Source of the DNA: an uncultured Clostridia bacterium
Lineage (GTDB): Bacteria > Bacillota > Clostridia > Christensenellales > Borkfalkiaceae
Reading direction: 5' to 3'
NCBI GenBank assembly: GCA_947589285.1
Contig: CANPZV010000002.1
Span: forward strand, 619 to 64,618
DNA: 64,000 nt
Below the pieces are notes generated by a model. That model ran no database searches, was not told the DNA's origin, and was given only the letters and a program-made list of their open reading frames with translations. Shown piece by piece: positions 17,623 through 26,867 of the stretch; the first letter of the stretch is position 1, and every line of letters begins with the position of its first letter. A program made the translations under genes and the position numbers.

Positions 17623-19315
17623 ACTTTACGATCTCCCCGACGATCTTATCCTTACCGAGGCCGTACTTTTCCATGAGAGAAGCCACCTCGCCGTGGGGGA
17701 GGAAGATCTCGTCATAGCCGAAAGTCAAAACAGTTTTCCCGCTGTTGCGGTAGAATTCGGAGACTGCCGTCCCAAGCCCTCCGACCTTAACATTGTCCTC
17801 AAGGGTCACGACAAGCACTTCCCTCCGCGATGCGAGAAGTTCCCCGTCGAGCGGCTTTAAGAAACGCGCGTTAACGACGGAGACGTCAAGGCCGAACCTT
17901 TCGAGGAGCGTTTCCCTGACGGAAAAAGCGAGGCGGATACAGCGTTCTCCCGCGGCAAACAATACTATGTCTGACAAAGTACTATGTAAAATTTCGAACT
18001 TCCCGATCTCTACCTCATCTGCCTCCCCTTCGGTCCCTTCACGGGGGTAGCGAATGGCGAGCGGGTGAGGATATTCCGCGCTCAGTGCGAGCATCTTGCG
18101 GAATTCTGCGATGTTTTTGGGGATCGCCACCGTCAGATTCGGAATAAAGGAGAGGTACGAAAGATCGAACACGCCCTGATGCGTCTCCCCGTCCGCACCT
18201 GTCGCCCCCGCTCTGTCGATGCAGAACGTCACAGGGAGATCTTGCCCGCAGACGTCGTGAATGATCTCATCGAAGGCCCGTTGCAGGAAGGTGGAATAGA
18301 TGGCATAGTAGGGTTTCAGCCCCTGCGTTGCGAGCGCGGCGCAGAGGACGGAGGCGTGTTCCTCGCAGATCCCGACGTCGAAGGCGCGGTCCGGAAACTT
18401 CTCAAAAAATCCCCTCAGCCCCAAACTGTCCGTCATTGCGGCGCTCACCGCGACGATTGTTTCATCGCGCTCCGCAAGGCGGGAAAGCTCCTCCCCGAGT
18501 GCGGAAGAATACTCCTTTGTCACCGCTTTGGGGCTTAACCCGTGCGTTTCCATGGGAGCGAGTTCGGAAAACGGATACCCGTGCCCCTTCTGTGTGACGA
18601 CGTGAAGGAGGACCGTCTCCTCCTCCATGGCCTCCTTTGCGCGTTCGAGCGCGGGAAGAAGTTCCTCAAAGCTGTTGCCGTTGACGCAACCTATGTAGCG
18701 AAGCCCGAAGCGTTCGAAGAGCGCGACATCCTCGGCGGAATGCTCCCCCTTCATCCTCTCAAGTGCCTCATGGAGGCCGCCGACCGTCGGCGAGATCGAC
18801 ATGCCGTTATCGTTCAAAACGATGAGGACCTTGGTGTGGAGGATCTTCAGGCTGTTGAGGGCCTCGTAGATCAGGCCGTTCTGAAAGGATCCGTCGCCGA
18901 CGAGGGCGATCACGCGGAAATCCTCTCTTTTTAGATCCCTTGCCTTGGCGATGCCGAGACACGCCGAGATCGCCGTCCCTGCATGGCCCGTGTCGTAGCA
19001 GTCAAAGTCACTCTCGTTCCGCTTTGGAAAGCCCGAAAGTCCCCCTTCCCGCCGCAGGGTATGGAACTTTTCCGCCCTGCCCGAGAGGAGTTTGTGGGTA
19101 TAGCATTGGTGCCCGACGTCAAAGACGAGCTTATCCTTCGGAAAATCAAAGACGCGGTGAAGCGCGACCGTGAGTTCCACCGCCCCGAGATTGGACGACA
19201 GGTGGCCGCCGCAGACAGAGACGGTCTCGTAAATTTCCCGCCTCAGCTCCTCGCTGAGACTTTCAAGCTGTTGTATGGAGGCGGACTTGACCGCCTCATC
19301 GGTAAATTCCATCAT
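17609..19315 (-). CDS. dxs: 1-deoxy-D-xylulose-5-phosphate synthase
   Basis: GGHLSSNLGAVELTVALH and GDGS...NDN thiamine-diphosphate motifs, 568 aa. Contains motif copy 2 in frame. Confidence 0.95.
   Translation of the reverse strand: MMEFTDEAVKSASIQQLESLSEELRREIYETVSVCGGHLSSNLGAVELTVALHRVFDFPKDKLVFDVGHQCYTHKLLSGRAEKFHTLRREGGLSGFPKRNESDFDCYDTGHAGTAISACLGIAKARDLKREDFRVIALVGDGSFQNGLIYEALNSLKILHTKVLIVLNDNGMSISPTVGGLHEALERMKGEHSAEDVALFERFGLRYIGCVNGNSFEELLPALERAKEAMEEETVLLHVVTQKGHGYPFSELAPMETHGLSPKAVTKEYSSALGEELSRLAERDETIVAVSAAMTDSLGLRGFFEKFPDRAFDVGICEEHASVLCAALATQGLKPYYAIYSTFLQRAFDEIIHDVCGQDLPVTFCIDRAGATGADGETHQGVFDLSYLSFIPNLTVAIPKNIAEFRKMLALSAEYPHPLAIRYPREGTEGEADEVEIGKFEILHSTLSDIVLFAAGERCIRLAFSVRETLLERFGLDVSVVNARFLKPLDGELLASRREVLVVTLEDNVKVGGLGTAVSEFYRNSGKTVLTFGYDEIFLPHGEVASLMEKYGLGKDKIVGEIVKYARR
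17954..17981 (+). repeat. Dispersed dual-palindrome motif, copy 2 of 8 (inside dxs)
   Basis: actatgtctgacaaagtactatgtaaaa, 1 core mismatch. Read on the coding strand as I-L-H-S-T-L-S-D-I-V. Confidence 0.9.
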
Positions 19316-19318
19316 GTT

Positions 19319-20188
19319 TCAGTGGTCCCTGTTCCTTGCGAGGGAGACGATCCCTCTGAGAAATTCTCCGTCGGGCGAAAAAGTTCGCAGGGCGCAGAGG
19401 CACTTTTCCGCAAACTCGTCCGCGAGTTTTTCGGAGGCTTCCATGCCGAAAACGCGCACACAGGTGAGCTTTTCCTCCATTTTATCCTTGCCGAGCGTCT
19501 TGCCCATGCGGTCCGCACTGCCCTTTTCGTCCAAAACATCGTCCGTGAGCTGAAATAAGATCCCCAAATTTTTGCCGAATGCCGTCCCCGCTTCTACGTC
19601 GCCGCCCGCGAGGATCGCCGCCATTTCCACGGGCGCGGAGATGAGGCGGCCCGTCTTGTTCTCATAGATAAAAAAGAGTTCCTCCGCTCCGCCGCGCTTG
19701 CCCGACCAGAGAAGATCCGCCGACTGCCCCGCGATCATCCCGTTCGGCCCGCAGGCGTCGCACAGTTTCTGCGCGGCAAGAAGGTGCCTCTCACCCCGCT
19801 CCGCGGCCCTCAGTGAGAGCGCGAACGCGAAGCTCAGCAGTGCGTCCCCCGCGAGGATCGCATTCGCCTCGCCGAAAACCTTGTGGTTGGACGGCTTCCC
19901 GCGCCTGAGGTCGTCGTTGTCCATGGCGGGCAAGTCGTCGTGAATGAGCGAATAGGTGTGGACGCATTCGAGCGCGGCCGCAAGCTCCCTCTCTTTCAGA
20001 TAATCGTACCCAAGCGCGTGCAATGCGGCATATAAAAGAACGGGGCGAAAGCGTTTCCCCCCCGCGAGAAGGGAATACCGCATGCTTTCCCCGAGGATCG
20101 GCGGCGAAAAAGACATTTCCTCAACCGCCGCGGCGATCGCGCCCTCTGCGGCCGCGAGATATTCGTTGTATTGCTCCGTAAAATTCAT
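19319..20188 (-). CDS. ispA: Polyprenyl (farnesyl/geranylgeranyl) diphosphate synthase
   Basis: First DDxxD block LIHDDLPAMDNDDLRRGKPSNH and second block QLTDDVLD. Confidence 0.9.
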   Translation of the reverse strand: MNFTEQYNEYLAAAEGAIAAAVEEMSFSPPILGESMRYSLLAGGKRFRPVLLYAALHALGYDYLKERELAAALECVHTYSLIHDDLPAMDNDDLRRGKPSNHKVFGEANAILAGDALLSFAFALSLRAAERGERHLLAAQKLCDACGPNGMIAGQSADLLWSGKRGGAEELFFIYENKTGRLISAPVEMAAILAGGDVEAGTAFGKNLGILFQLTDDVLDEKGSADRMGKTLGKDKMEEKLTCVRVFGMEASEKLADEFAEKCLCALRTFSPDGEFLRGIVSLARNRDH

Positions 20189-21033
20189 TTCAGACTTCTT
20201 TCCGCCGCATCGATCGTATTTGATAAGAGCATGGCGACCGTCATCGGCCCGACGCCGCCGGGGACGGGCGTGATCATGGACGCCTTTTCCTTGACGGCCT
20301 CGAAGTCAACGTCGCCGCAGAGCTTTCCGTTCGCGTCCCTGTTCATTCCGACGTCGATGACCACGGCTCCTTCCTTGACCATATCCGCCGTGATGAGTTT
20401 TGGCCTGCCCGCGGCGGCGACCAAGATGTCCGCACCCGCGCAGATCTCCTTGAGGCCCTGCGTGCGGGAATGGCAGACGGTCACCGTCGCGTCGGCATTG
20501 AGGAGAAGCAGGGCCATGGGACGGCCGACAATGTTGCTCCTCCCGACGACGACGGCGTGCTTCCCGCAGATCTCCACATGGTAGCGGCGGAGAAGTTCCA
20601 TGACGCCGCGCGGCGTGCAGGCGGCCGTTCCGTTCCGATGCAGGGCGATCTCCCCGATATTTTGCGCCGAAAAACCGTCAACGTCCTTTTTTGCGGGGAT
20701 CTTAGCGAGGAGACGCTCCGTATCCAGATGTGCGGGGAGCGGAAGCTGTAACAGAATGCCGTGGACGGCGGCATTTTCCGCAAGGGAGGCAAGGAGTGTT
20801 TCCGCCTCCGCCTGCGCCGTCTCTTCGGGAAGCGCGTACACGAGGGAGGAGATCCCCACCTCTTCGCACGCCTTGACTTTGTTGCGTATGTAGACTTTGG
20901 ATGCGGGGTCGTCGCCGATGCAAACGACGGCAAGCCCAATCTTCCCGCCCCCTCTCGCCTCGAAAGCCGCTGCCCGCTCTTTCAGCTCGGCGCGGATCTC
21001 CGCGGCCGTTTTTTTCCCGTCGATGAGTATCAT
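20185..21033 (-). CDS. folD: Bifunctional methylenetetrahydrofolate dehydrogenase/cyclohydrolase
   Basis: VYIRNKVKACEEVGI, GRSNIVGRPMALLL, PVPGGVGPMT signatures. Confidence 0.95.
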   Translation of the reverse strand: MILIDGKKTAAEIRAELKERAAAFEARGGGKIGLAVVCIGDDPASKVYIRNKVKACEEVGISSLVYALPEETAQAEAETLLASLAENAAVHGILLQLPLPAHLDTERLLAKIPAKKDVDGFSAQNIGEIALHRNGTAACTPRGVMELLRRYHVEICGKHAVVVGRSNIVGRPMALLLLNADATVTVCHSRTQGLKEICAGADILVAAAGRPKLITADMVKEGAVVIDVGMNRDANGKLCGDVDFEAVKEKASMITPVPGGVGPMTVAMLLSNTIDAAERSLK

Positions 21034-21419
21034 GCGTTGATGATCCCCCCCAAGACGCCGTTTACGAAGTCCGTGGAGGTCTCGGAAGAGTACTTCCGCG
21101 CAAGGTTCGTCGCCTCGTTCACGGAGACGACGGGCGGGATGTCGTCAAAGTATGAGATCTCGGCGAGCGCGATGAGCATGACCGCCCTGTCTGCAGGGTA
21201 GATGCGGTGATCGGGGTACTGCGTCGTCTTTTCGGCGATCCGCCCGTTCAGCTCGTCCCTGTGTTCCGACACACAGCCGACAAGTGCCTCGGCGAAAGAG
21301 ATATCCTCCTCCGTCAGGCGATCGTGGCGATAAACAGAACGGCGAAAGGCTTCGTCGTTCCCGTTGAATTGTTCTGCAAATACGATCTTAAAAGCCGCCT
21401 CTCTGGCTGAACTTCTCAT
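21030..21419 (-). CDS. nusB: Transcription antitermination factor NusB
   Basis: MRSSAREAAFKIVF... start at internal ATG 21419 with GGGAGAG SD. 129 aa. Confidence 0.85.
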   Translation of the reverse strand: MRSSAREAAFKIVFAEQFNGNDEAFRRSVYRHDRLTEEDISFAEALVGCVSEHRDELNGRIAEKTTQYPDHRIYPADRAVMLIALAEISYFDDIPPVVSVNEATNLARKYSSETSTDFVNGVLGGIINA

Positions 21420-21469
21420 GGATCTCTCCCATAGCAAGATTTCCCCCTCCTGCATTGAGGGGGAAACCG

Positions 21470-21850
21470 TCAATTATTTTTTGCCGTATCCTCTGCGCCG
21501 TCCTGCTCGGCGGGAGCTTCGTGCTGCGCCGCCTCGGGAAAGATCACGCTCTGTACATGGACGTCAACCTTTGCGATCTTGTATTTGGTCATGGATTCGA
21601 CCATCTGCTTGATGTTCTGCTGGATGCGATAGGCGAGTTCCGGCACCTTATATCCGTAGTGGGCGATGACGGAAATGTCTACGAAGATCCCCTCCTTTTC
21701 GAAGCAGAGCTTGATCCCCTTGCTCTTGGAGGGAACGAGTTCGATGCCCTCCGTCTCCTGAAGGCTCAGGACGACGATCCCGCTCACGATGTCGGAATTA
21801 TAGGTGATTTTCCCCTTCTGACCGTTCGGGTTATACTTGATGCTTGCCAT
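21470..21850 (-). CDS. Asp23/Gls24-family envelope stress protein
   Basis: ITYNSDIVSGIVVLSLQETEGI...KVDVHVQSV pattern. ATG 21850 preceded by AAAGGAG. Confidence 0.8.
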   Translation of the reverse strand: MASIKYNPNGQKGKITYNSDIVSGIVVLSLQETEGIELVPSKSKGIKLCFEKEGIFVDISVIAHYGYKVPELAYRIQQNIKQMVESMTKYKIAKVDVHVQSVIFPEAAQHEAPAEQDGAEDTAKNN

Positions 21851-21908
21851 AATTACTCCTTTGAAGTACATTATAGCACATCTTTTCGGAATTTACCACT
21901 GTTTTTTC

Positions 21909-22394
21909 TTAACTTTCCGCATAAACAGGCATAATTATTACATTTCCGTTGCGGACGTTGTATTCGATCTCGAGAGCGTAGAAGATCTTGGTGATGTTGT
22001 CCTCGGTGAGTTCGCTGGAATTGACAAACACGTTGATGTTGTTCGCGTCGGTGATCGTGATCGCCGCATCCGAGAAGCCGATGGCCTTGACGATGGATTC
22101 GAGGACGAGTTCATCCTCCATGAGGGAGACGAGTTCCTGCTTTCTCGAGACAGCGTTCGCATACTCCTCTGTGTCCTTTGCATAGGTCTCGATGATGCTG
22201 TCGAGCTGGACGAATTCCTCGCTCCTCGTGGAACTGCGCCTGTCTCTGTACGTCGTGAAGTACGTCGCTTTGACGCTTGCACTGCCGTCTACGGCGGCGT
22301 TCTGCGTGCCCGCGAGGACGAAGTTGACGACGGCAACAACGGCGAGCAGCACGACAAGGGTGGACATGATTGCGATCTTTTTGGCGTTGGACAT
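21909..22394 (-). CDS. spoIIIAH: Stage III sporulation protein AH
   Basis: N-terminal TM, then YscJ/FliF-like C-terminal domain. Last gene of the spoIIIA operon by order. Confidence 0.7.
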   Translation of the reverse strand: MSNAKKIAIMSTLVVLLAVVAVVNFVLAGTQNAAVDGSASVKATYFTTYRDRRSSTRSEEFVQLDSIIETYAKDTEEYANAVSRKQELVSLMEDELVLESIVKAIGFSDAAITITDANNINVFVNSSELTEDNITKIFYALEIEYNVRNGNVIIMPVYAES

Positions 22395-22422
22395 GGTTTT
22401 ATCTCCTTTTACAATAGAATCC

Positions 22423-22764
22423 TTACTTTGCGGGATAGACGAGGATATCCCTCGTTCTGAGGGCGAGCGCGCTTGCGGCGACCTCCATCAACCTCGTGCG
22501 CGTCAGAATGCCGTCCTCCCCGTCGAACACGACGACCGCGCTCACAGGGACCCCGTCTTTTTCGGTGATCATCACGGTCGCCGATTTGACGCCCTCGATC
22601 TCGCCGAGCAATATGCTCAGTCTCCTTTCCTCCTCCGTCGCGATGTAGGCGGTCTTTTCCTGCCTGAAAAAGACAAAATAGACGAGGATCAAGAGGAGCA
22701 GTGCGGCCGCGCCGATGAGGACGAGACGGAAAGTCTTGTTTTTGAAGAGTTCTTTGAGTTTCAT
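22423..22764 (-). CDS. spoIIIAG: Stage III sporulation protein AG
   Basis: Internal ATG 22764 (MKLKELF...) overlaps the spoIIIAF stop. TM segment plus LLGEIEGVKSATVMIT motif. Confidence 0.7.
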   Translation of the reverse strand: MKLKELFKNKTFRLVLIGAAALLLLILVYFVFFRQEKTAYIATEEERRLSILLGEIEGVKSATVMITEKDGVPVSAVVVFDGEDGILTRTRLMEVAASALALRTRDILVYPAK

Positions 22765-23213
22765 CTGACCTCCGTCATACAGCCGTAGCGGGCATACAGG
22801 CACTCGGCGATCGAGGACAATATATCTATATGAGTTTCTTCCCCGTTTATTCCGAAATCGGTAACACAAACCGTGATTTTTTCATAGGATAGATCTTCGG
22901 GGAGGCGGCGCACCTCCACCTTTGCCCTCACGCCGTACTTCTCCTTCAGGTAGGCGGCGATATCCTCGGCCTCGGTGCGGGAGAGCATCGAGGAATAGGC
23001 ATCGAGATACCCCTCGTCCACCCCGATCTCCGCGCCCGTGAGGACGGTCTCGGGTTCCTTTACGAGCTTGACAAAGGGAGCGACAAGCACGACAAAGATA
23101 AAAAGTCTGGTCATTCCCTTCACAAATTTCCCCATTTTGCCGCTCGGGGCGATGATGGAGATGACCGCAGAGATCAGGATCACCCCCGCGATGCTCAAAA
23201 TGTACGCGCCCAT
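22761..23213 (-). CDS. spoIIIAF: Stage III sporulation protein AF
   Basis: Internal ATG 23213 (MGAYILSIAGVILISAV...) overlaps the spoIIIAE stop by 1 nt. Two N-terminal TM segments. Confidence 0.7.
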   Translation of the reverse strand: MGAYILSIAGVILISAVISIIAPSGKMGKFVKGMTRLFIFVVLVAPFVKLVKEPETVLTGAEIGVDEGYLDAYSSMLSRTEAEDIAAYLKEKYGVRAKVEVRRLPEDLSYEKITVCVTDFGINGEETHIDILSSIAECLYARYGCMTEVR

Positions 23214-24430
23214 CAGAAGAATACCCCCGTGGAACAGACGAGAAGAAGGATGGAGAGGAAATAGAGAAAGGCAATGGAGAGAAGTCCCGCGAGAAAGTAC
23301 CCGCAATCCCCCGCCAGGCGGGACAAAAAGGCGGAGATCTTCCCGCCGACAGGCTCTGTCGCCGCGGCAGAGACGCGCAGAAAGAGCTGAAAGGCTGCAA
23401 AGAGCAGGACGGGACGGAGTATTGTTCCGAAGAGCAGGAACACGGCAAAGGAGCCGAGCGCGTTCTTGATGAGCGAACTCCCCGCGATGACGAGTTCCAC
23501 CCCGCCCGAGAGGAACCCGCCGACGAGCGGGACGGACCCCGAGATGACATACTTGGCGGCCTTGAGGGAGATGCCGTCATACTGCGCCGCCGCGATGCCC
23601 TGTACCGTCAAAAAGACCGAAAACAGACCCAAAACAAGCCCGATGAGCCATTTATTGACGCTCTTGAACAGCTCGCCGAGCTTTTCCGTCCGCACGTCCT
23701 CCGCGAGATCCCCCACAAAGGCAAGCACGATGACGACGAGGGAGGACGGAAGCACGACGGAAGTGAACAGCTCGCAGATCCCCCCGCTCATGAACGCAAC
23801 TGCGGGGCGGTAGATGCCGACGGAGACCGCGCCGCCGCTCGCCGCCATGAGGGTCATGAGGAGCGGATAGACGAGTTCCATCTGCTTTTGCATGGCGGAG
23901 ACGGCCGAAAAGCCCGCCTCCAACACGCCGATGAGGCATGCGAGGACCGTCGCACCCACGGAGAGATAACAGACAAAGTGTATTATGTCTGACATAGTAC
24001 TCTGCAAAAGGTCACTTTTTGCAGAGTTCAGGATCCCGCAGAGGAGCGTCACGGCGAGGATCACTGCAAATGCGGGGAGCATGATCTTCGCCTCGTCCCA
24101 GATGAGTGCGAACACCGCGCCTGCAAGGGAGGAATAATCGAGCGAAAAGTCCCCCGTGATGACGCTCAGGAGCTTGTCTTTGAGCGACACGCCGCGGAAT
24201 TCAGAGAGCGTATCGAGGTAGTTTTGGAGTTCTTCGATATCGAGTGCGCCGATGAGTTCCTTGATGTCGTCGCTCAGCTCCTGCTTTGCTGCCTCTTCCG
24301 CAGCCGTCCCCCCGCTCGCGCTTGCGCGCTGTTCTCCCGAGGGAAGCCACAGGCAGATGAAAAGAAGCGCGACCACGAACACGGCAAACAACAATTTTCG
24401 GCGTTTTCCGCACTTTCGTCTCCTTTTCAT
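23213..24430 (-). CDS. spoIIIAE: Stage III sporulation protein AE
   Basis: 405-aa polytopic membrane protein with signal sequence. Position within the operon. Contains motif copy 3 in frame. Confidence 0.85.
   Translation of the reverse strand: MKRRRKCGKRRKLLFAVFVVALLFICLWLPSGEQRASASGGTAAEEAAKQELSDDIKELIGALDIEELQNYLDTLSEFRGVSLKDKLLSVITGDFSLDYSSLAGAVFALIWDEAKIMLPAFAVILAVTLLCGILNSAKSDLLQSTMSDIIHFVCYLSVGATVLACLIGVLEAGFSAVSAMQKQMELVYPLLMTLMAASGGAVSVGIYRPAVAFMSGGICELFTSVVLPSSLVVIVLAFVGDLAEDVRTEKLGELFKSVNKWLIGLVLGLFSVFLTVQGIAAAQYDGISLKAAKYVISGSVPLVGGFLSGGVELVIAGSSLIKNALGSFAVFLLFGTILRPVLLFAAFQLFLRVSAAATEPVGGKISAFLSRLAGDCGYFLAGLLSIAFLYFLSILLLVCSTGVFF
23982..24009 (+). repeat. Dispersed dual-palindrome motif, copy 3 of 8 (inside spoIIIAE)
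   Basis: attatgtctgacatagtactctgcaaaa, 1 core mismatch. Coding strand reads L-Q-S-T-M-S-D-I-I-H. Confidence 0.9.
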
Positions 24431-24822
24431 GCGATATACCCCAAAAGCTGTTTGACGAGCGAAAGGACGCTCTCCAAAATGGGAATGGCGAGGATGAGGA
24501 TCACCACTTTTCCGCAGAAAATCAGCTTGTCCGCGACGGAATTCTGCCCGAAATCGTTCAAAATACCCGCACTGAACTCGACAAGATACCCGATCCCAAC
24601 CATTTTCAGGAGCGTTCTGACGAGGACAGAGTCGATGCCCGTCTCGCTTGCGATCTCGCCGAAGATCGAAATGCTCCCCTGAAACATCTCAAAGACGAAC
24701 AGGAGGAGGATGATCGACCCCGCCACGGTGACGGCAAAGGCAAGCTCGGGCTTGGTCCCCTTTAAGATCAGTGCCGCGACTGCGGTCACAAAGGCGATCC
24801 CGACGAGCTGGAAGATCTGCAT
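24427..24822 (-). CDS. spoIIIAD: Stage III sporulation protein AD
   Basis: 131 aa, MQIFQLVGIAFVTAVAALILK..., 4 TM segments. Confidence 0.85.
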   Translation of the reverse strand: MQIFQLVGIAFVTAVAALILKGTKPELAFAVTVAGSIILLLFVFEMFQGSISIFGEIASETGIDSVLVRTLLKMVGIGYLVEFSAGILNDFGQNSVADKLIFCGKVVILILAIPILESVLSLVKQLLGYIA

Positions 24823-24823
24823 T

Positions 24824-25027
24824 TCAGTACACTCCGAAGATGCTCTGAATGGTGTCGAAGAGGTCGCCGATCATGGTCACGGCCACGGTCAGGGCGATGA
24901 CAAGCCCCACGATAGAGACGACGGTGGAGATGTCGTCGCGGTCGGACTTTTTCAGCACCTGACAGACGACGGTTATGATGATGCCGATCGCGGCAAGTTT
25001 GAAGATGATCGAAATATCTATTGTCAT
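24824..25027 (-). CDS. spoIIIAC: Stage III sporulation protein AC
   Basis: 67-aa two-TM protein (MTIDISIIFKLAAIGIIITVVCQVLKKS...) from internal ATG 25027 of ORF 24824..25435. Confidence 0.8.
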   Translation of the reverse strand: MTIDISIIFKLAAIGIIITVVCQVLKKSDRDDISTVVSIVGLVIALTVAVTMIGDLFDTIQSIFGVY

Positions 25028-25476
25028 ACGATGAGAATGACAAACGCAAGCCCCGCCAGAAGGCCGAGTTTCACATACAGGCCGCCCCTGTCCTTTGCCT
25101 CCTTTTCGCTCTCTGCTTTCTTCTCTCCGAGCGCGTTTTTCTTGGCGGAAAAATAGTTCTTCTGGGAGTAGGAATCCCCCGCGCCGAGCATTTGCAGATA
25201 ATCGGCACAGTCCTTCTTCTCCTGCTCCGTAAGGTAGCGCAAACTGACTTCTTCCCTCTTTTGGAGGAGCGCGTAAAAGTCGCCGCTCTCGCTCACCTCG
25301 CCGATAAGCTCGCGCAACGTGCGCCGCGTGTAAGCGAGTTCGTTGAGATACCTCTCGTTGAATGTGAACATCTGGGCGTAAAATTTTCTGCGTAATCTGT
25401 ACTTCCCCGCCGCAAGGTAGCCGAGGAAGGTGCAAAATGCCACGATCAGAGCGCAGAGGAGCAGTTTAATCCACAT
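25024..25476 (-). CDS. spoIIIAB: Stage III sporulation protein AB
   Basis: Internal ATG 25476 (MWIKLLLCALIVAF...), 150 aa, TM at each end. Confidence 0.75.
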   Translation of the reverse strand: MWIKLLLCALIVAFCTFLGYLAAGKYRLRRKFYAQMFTFNERYLNELAYTRRTLRELIGEVSESGDFYALLQKREEVSLRYLTEQEKKDCADYLQMLGAGDSYSQKNYFSAKKNALGEKKAESEKEAKDRGGLYVKLGLLAGLAFVILIV

Positions 25477-26323
25477 GAACCCCCTCCCCGCTGAGGATCT
25501 CGCCCACCTTTCCCAACCCGTCAAGCAGCACATAGCGGTCAAACAGCTTCTGCGGAACGTCATCGAAACGCTTCAGGTGCGCCGAGGCAAGGACAAAAAG
25601 CCCGCTCTCCACCGCCCTTCTCACGGCCGCGTAATCCTCCGTGAGAAGCTCGTCGGTGACGATGACGTCGGGCCGCATGGCGCGGATCCCCGCCGTGAAG
25701 GCGGCCAGCTTGTCCGCATAGCAGATGACGTCGGCCGTCTGCCCGAGGTCTCCCGCCGAGAGTTCCCCGCGTTCGTCGCTCACGAGGACGTTTTTGGACG
25801 TCCGCTCACACACGAGGCGCGAAAGATCCCTGAGGATCGTCGTCTTTCCCTCCCCGGGGGGAGAGAGAATGAGGACAGAACACAGCCCATCCCGAAAACA
25901 GCGGGCGTAGATCTCTGCGGCGCAGTCCTTCACCGCATGCGGCACGCGGATGCAGAGCGAGGTGATGTGGCGGAGGGAGAGAACTTTCCCGCCGTCATAG
26001 ACGTAGGTCCCCGCGATCCCGATGCGCTCCCCCTCCGCGCCCGTCAGAAATCCCTGCCGCAATTGGTTCTCCACCGCATAGACGGACCGTCCGCTCGCCG
26101 AGAGAATGATCTCCCCGACCTCCTCCGCCGTGGGCACAAGGGCGGCCTCCCTATTGCAGACGCCGCTTTCGCCGAGATAGCGAAACTCCCCCGCAAGATC
26201 GGCGCGGAGAGGTTTATCCGCCCTCACGCGAAGCTCATAGAGGACATTGAGATTGACATGCCTCACGGCGCACTCCAACCGAGGGGGAAGAAAATCGAGC
26301 ATTTGCTCTATTCTATGGGACAA
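25466..26323 (-). CDS. spoIIIAA: Stage III sporulation protein AA (ATPase)
   Basis: Walker A ILSPPGEGKTTILRDL, Walker B VIVTDEL. The first codon of the tracked ORF is TTG, so the exact start is uncertain. Confidence 0.85.
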   Translation of the reverse strand: MSHRIEQMLDFLPPRLECAVRHVNLNVLYELRVRADKPLRADLAGEFRYLGESGVCNREAALVPTAEEVGEIILSASGRSVYAVENQLRQGFLTGAEGERIGIAGTYVYDGGKVLSLRHITSLCIRVPHAVKDCAAEIYARCFRDGLCSVLILSPPGEGKTTILRDLSRLVCERTSKNVLVSDERGELSAGDLGQTADVICYADKLAAFTAGIRAMRPDVIVTDELLTEDYAAVRRAVESGLFVLASAHLKRFDDVPQKLFDRYVLLDGLGKVGEILSGEGVHVD

Positions 26324-26346
26324 GGCGGCAAATTATGTTTTGCGCA

Positions 26347-26378
26347 AAAGAAAAAAGACCCCGCAGGGTCTTGCGGGG
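26347..26378 (-). terminator. Intrinsic terminator after metalloregulator gene
   Basis: Stem CCCCGCA/TGCGGGG (26378-26372 / 26365-26359), 6-nt loop, UCUUUUUUCUUUU tail. Confidence 0.7.
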
Positions 26379-26384
26379 CGTCCG

Positions 26385-26747
26385 TCATTTTTCAAGATAT
26401 TTTTTGAGGATCTCGAAGAGGTCGTCCGAGATGACGTGTTCCACGCGGCAGGCATTCTCCTCGGCGAGTTCCCTGTCCGCGCCCATGTGCATGAAAACTT
26501 CGGTAAAGACGCGATGTTTTTCATAGACGTCCTCCGCCTTTTTCTTGCCCTTTGCGGTGAGCGTGATCTCGCCGCTCGGATCGATCTCGATCAGCCCGTC
26601 CTTCTGCAATAGATTGACCGCGCGGGAGACGCTCGACTTCGCATAGCCGCGTTCCTCCACGATGTCCACGGAGCGGACGGAGGCGCGCTTCGCACGCAGT
26701 AGCAAGATCGTCTCAAGATACATCTCCTGCGATTCGTGCGTTTTCAT
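26385..26747 (-). CDS. DtxR/MntR-family metal-dependent transcriptional regulator
   Basis: MKTHESQEMYLETILLL...SVDIVEERGYAKSSVSRAVNLLQKDGLI winged HTH. 120 aa. Confidence 0.8.
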   Translation of the reverse strand: MKTHESQEMYLETILLLRAKRASVRSVDIVEERGYAKSSVSRAVNLLQKDGLIEIDPSGEITLTAKGKKKAEDVYEKHRVFTEVFMHMGADRELAEENACRVEHVISDDLFEILKKYLEK

Positions 26748-26771
26748 CCCTTCACCTCGTGTTTTTCTTTC

Positions 26772-26800
26772 ATTATACGATAAATCATATCATTTGTAAA
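26772..26800 (-). promoter_or_regulatory. Sigma-A-type promoter of metalloregulator gene
   Basis: Minus strand TTTACA (26800-26795), 17-nt spacer, TATAAT (26777-26772). Normal leader with SD GAGGTGAAGGG. Confidence 0.5.
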
Positions 26801-26867
26801 GGGGAAAAATAATTTTCGGCCGATATTTTTTCAAAAAAATGGAATATTTCGCCTGAAACCCCCTCGC

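Noticed and set aside
19316-20188. Absence of xseA/xseB between folD/nusB and ispA, as a sign of rearrangement.
   Set aside because: The gene junctions are tight (4-nt overlaps) with no scars or repeats. This is probably lineage-specific gene order and is not informative from this window alone.
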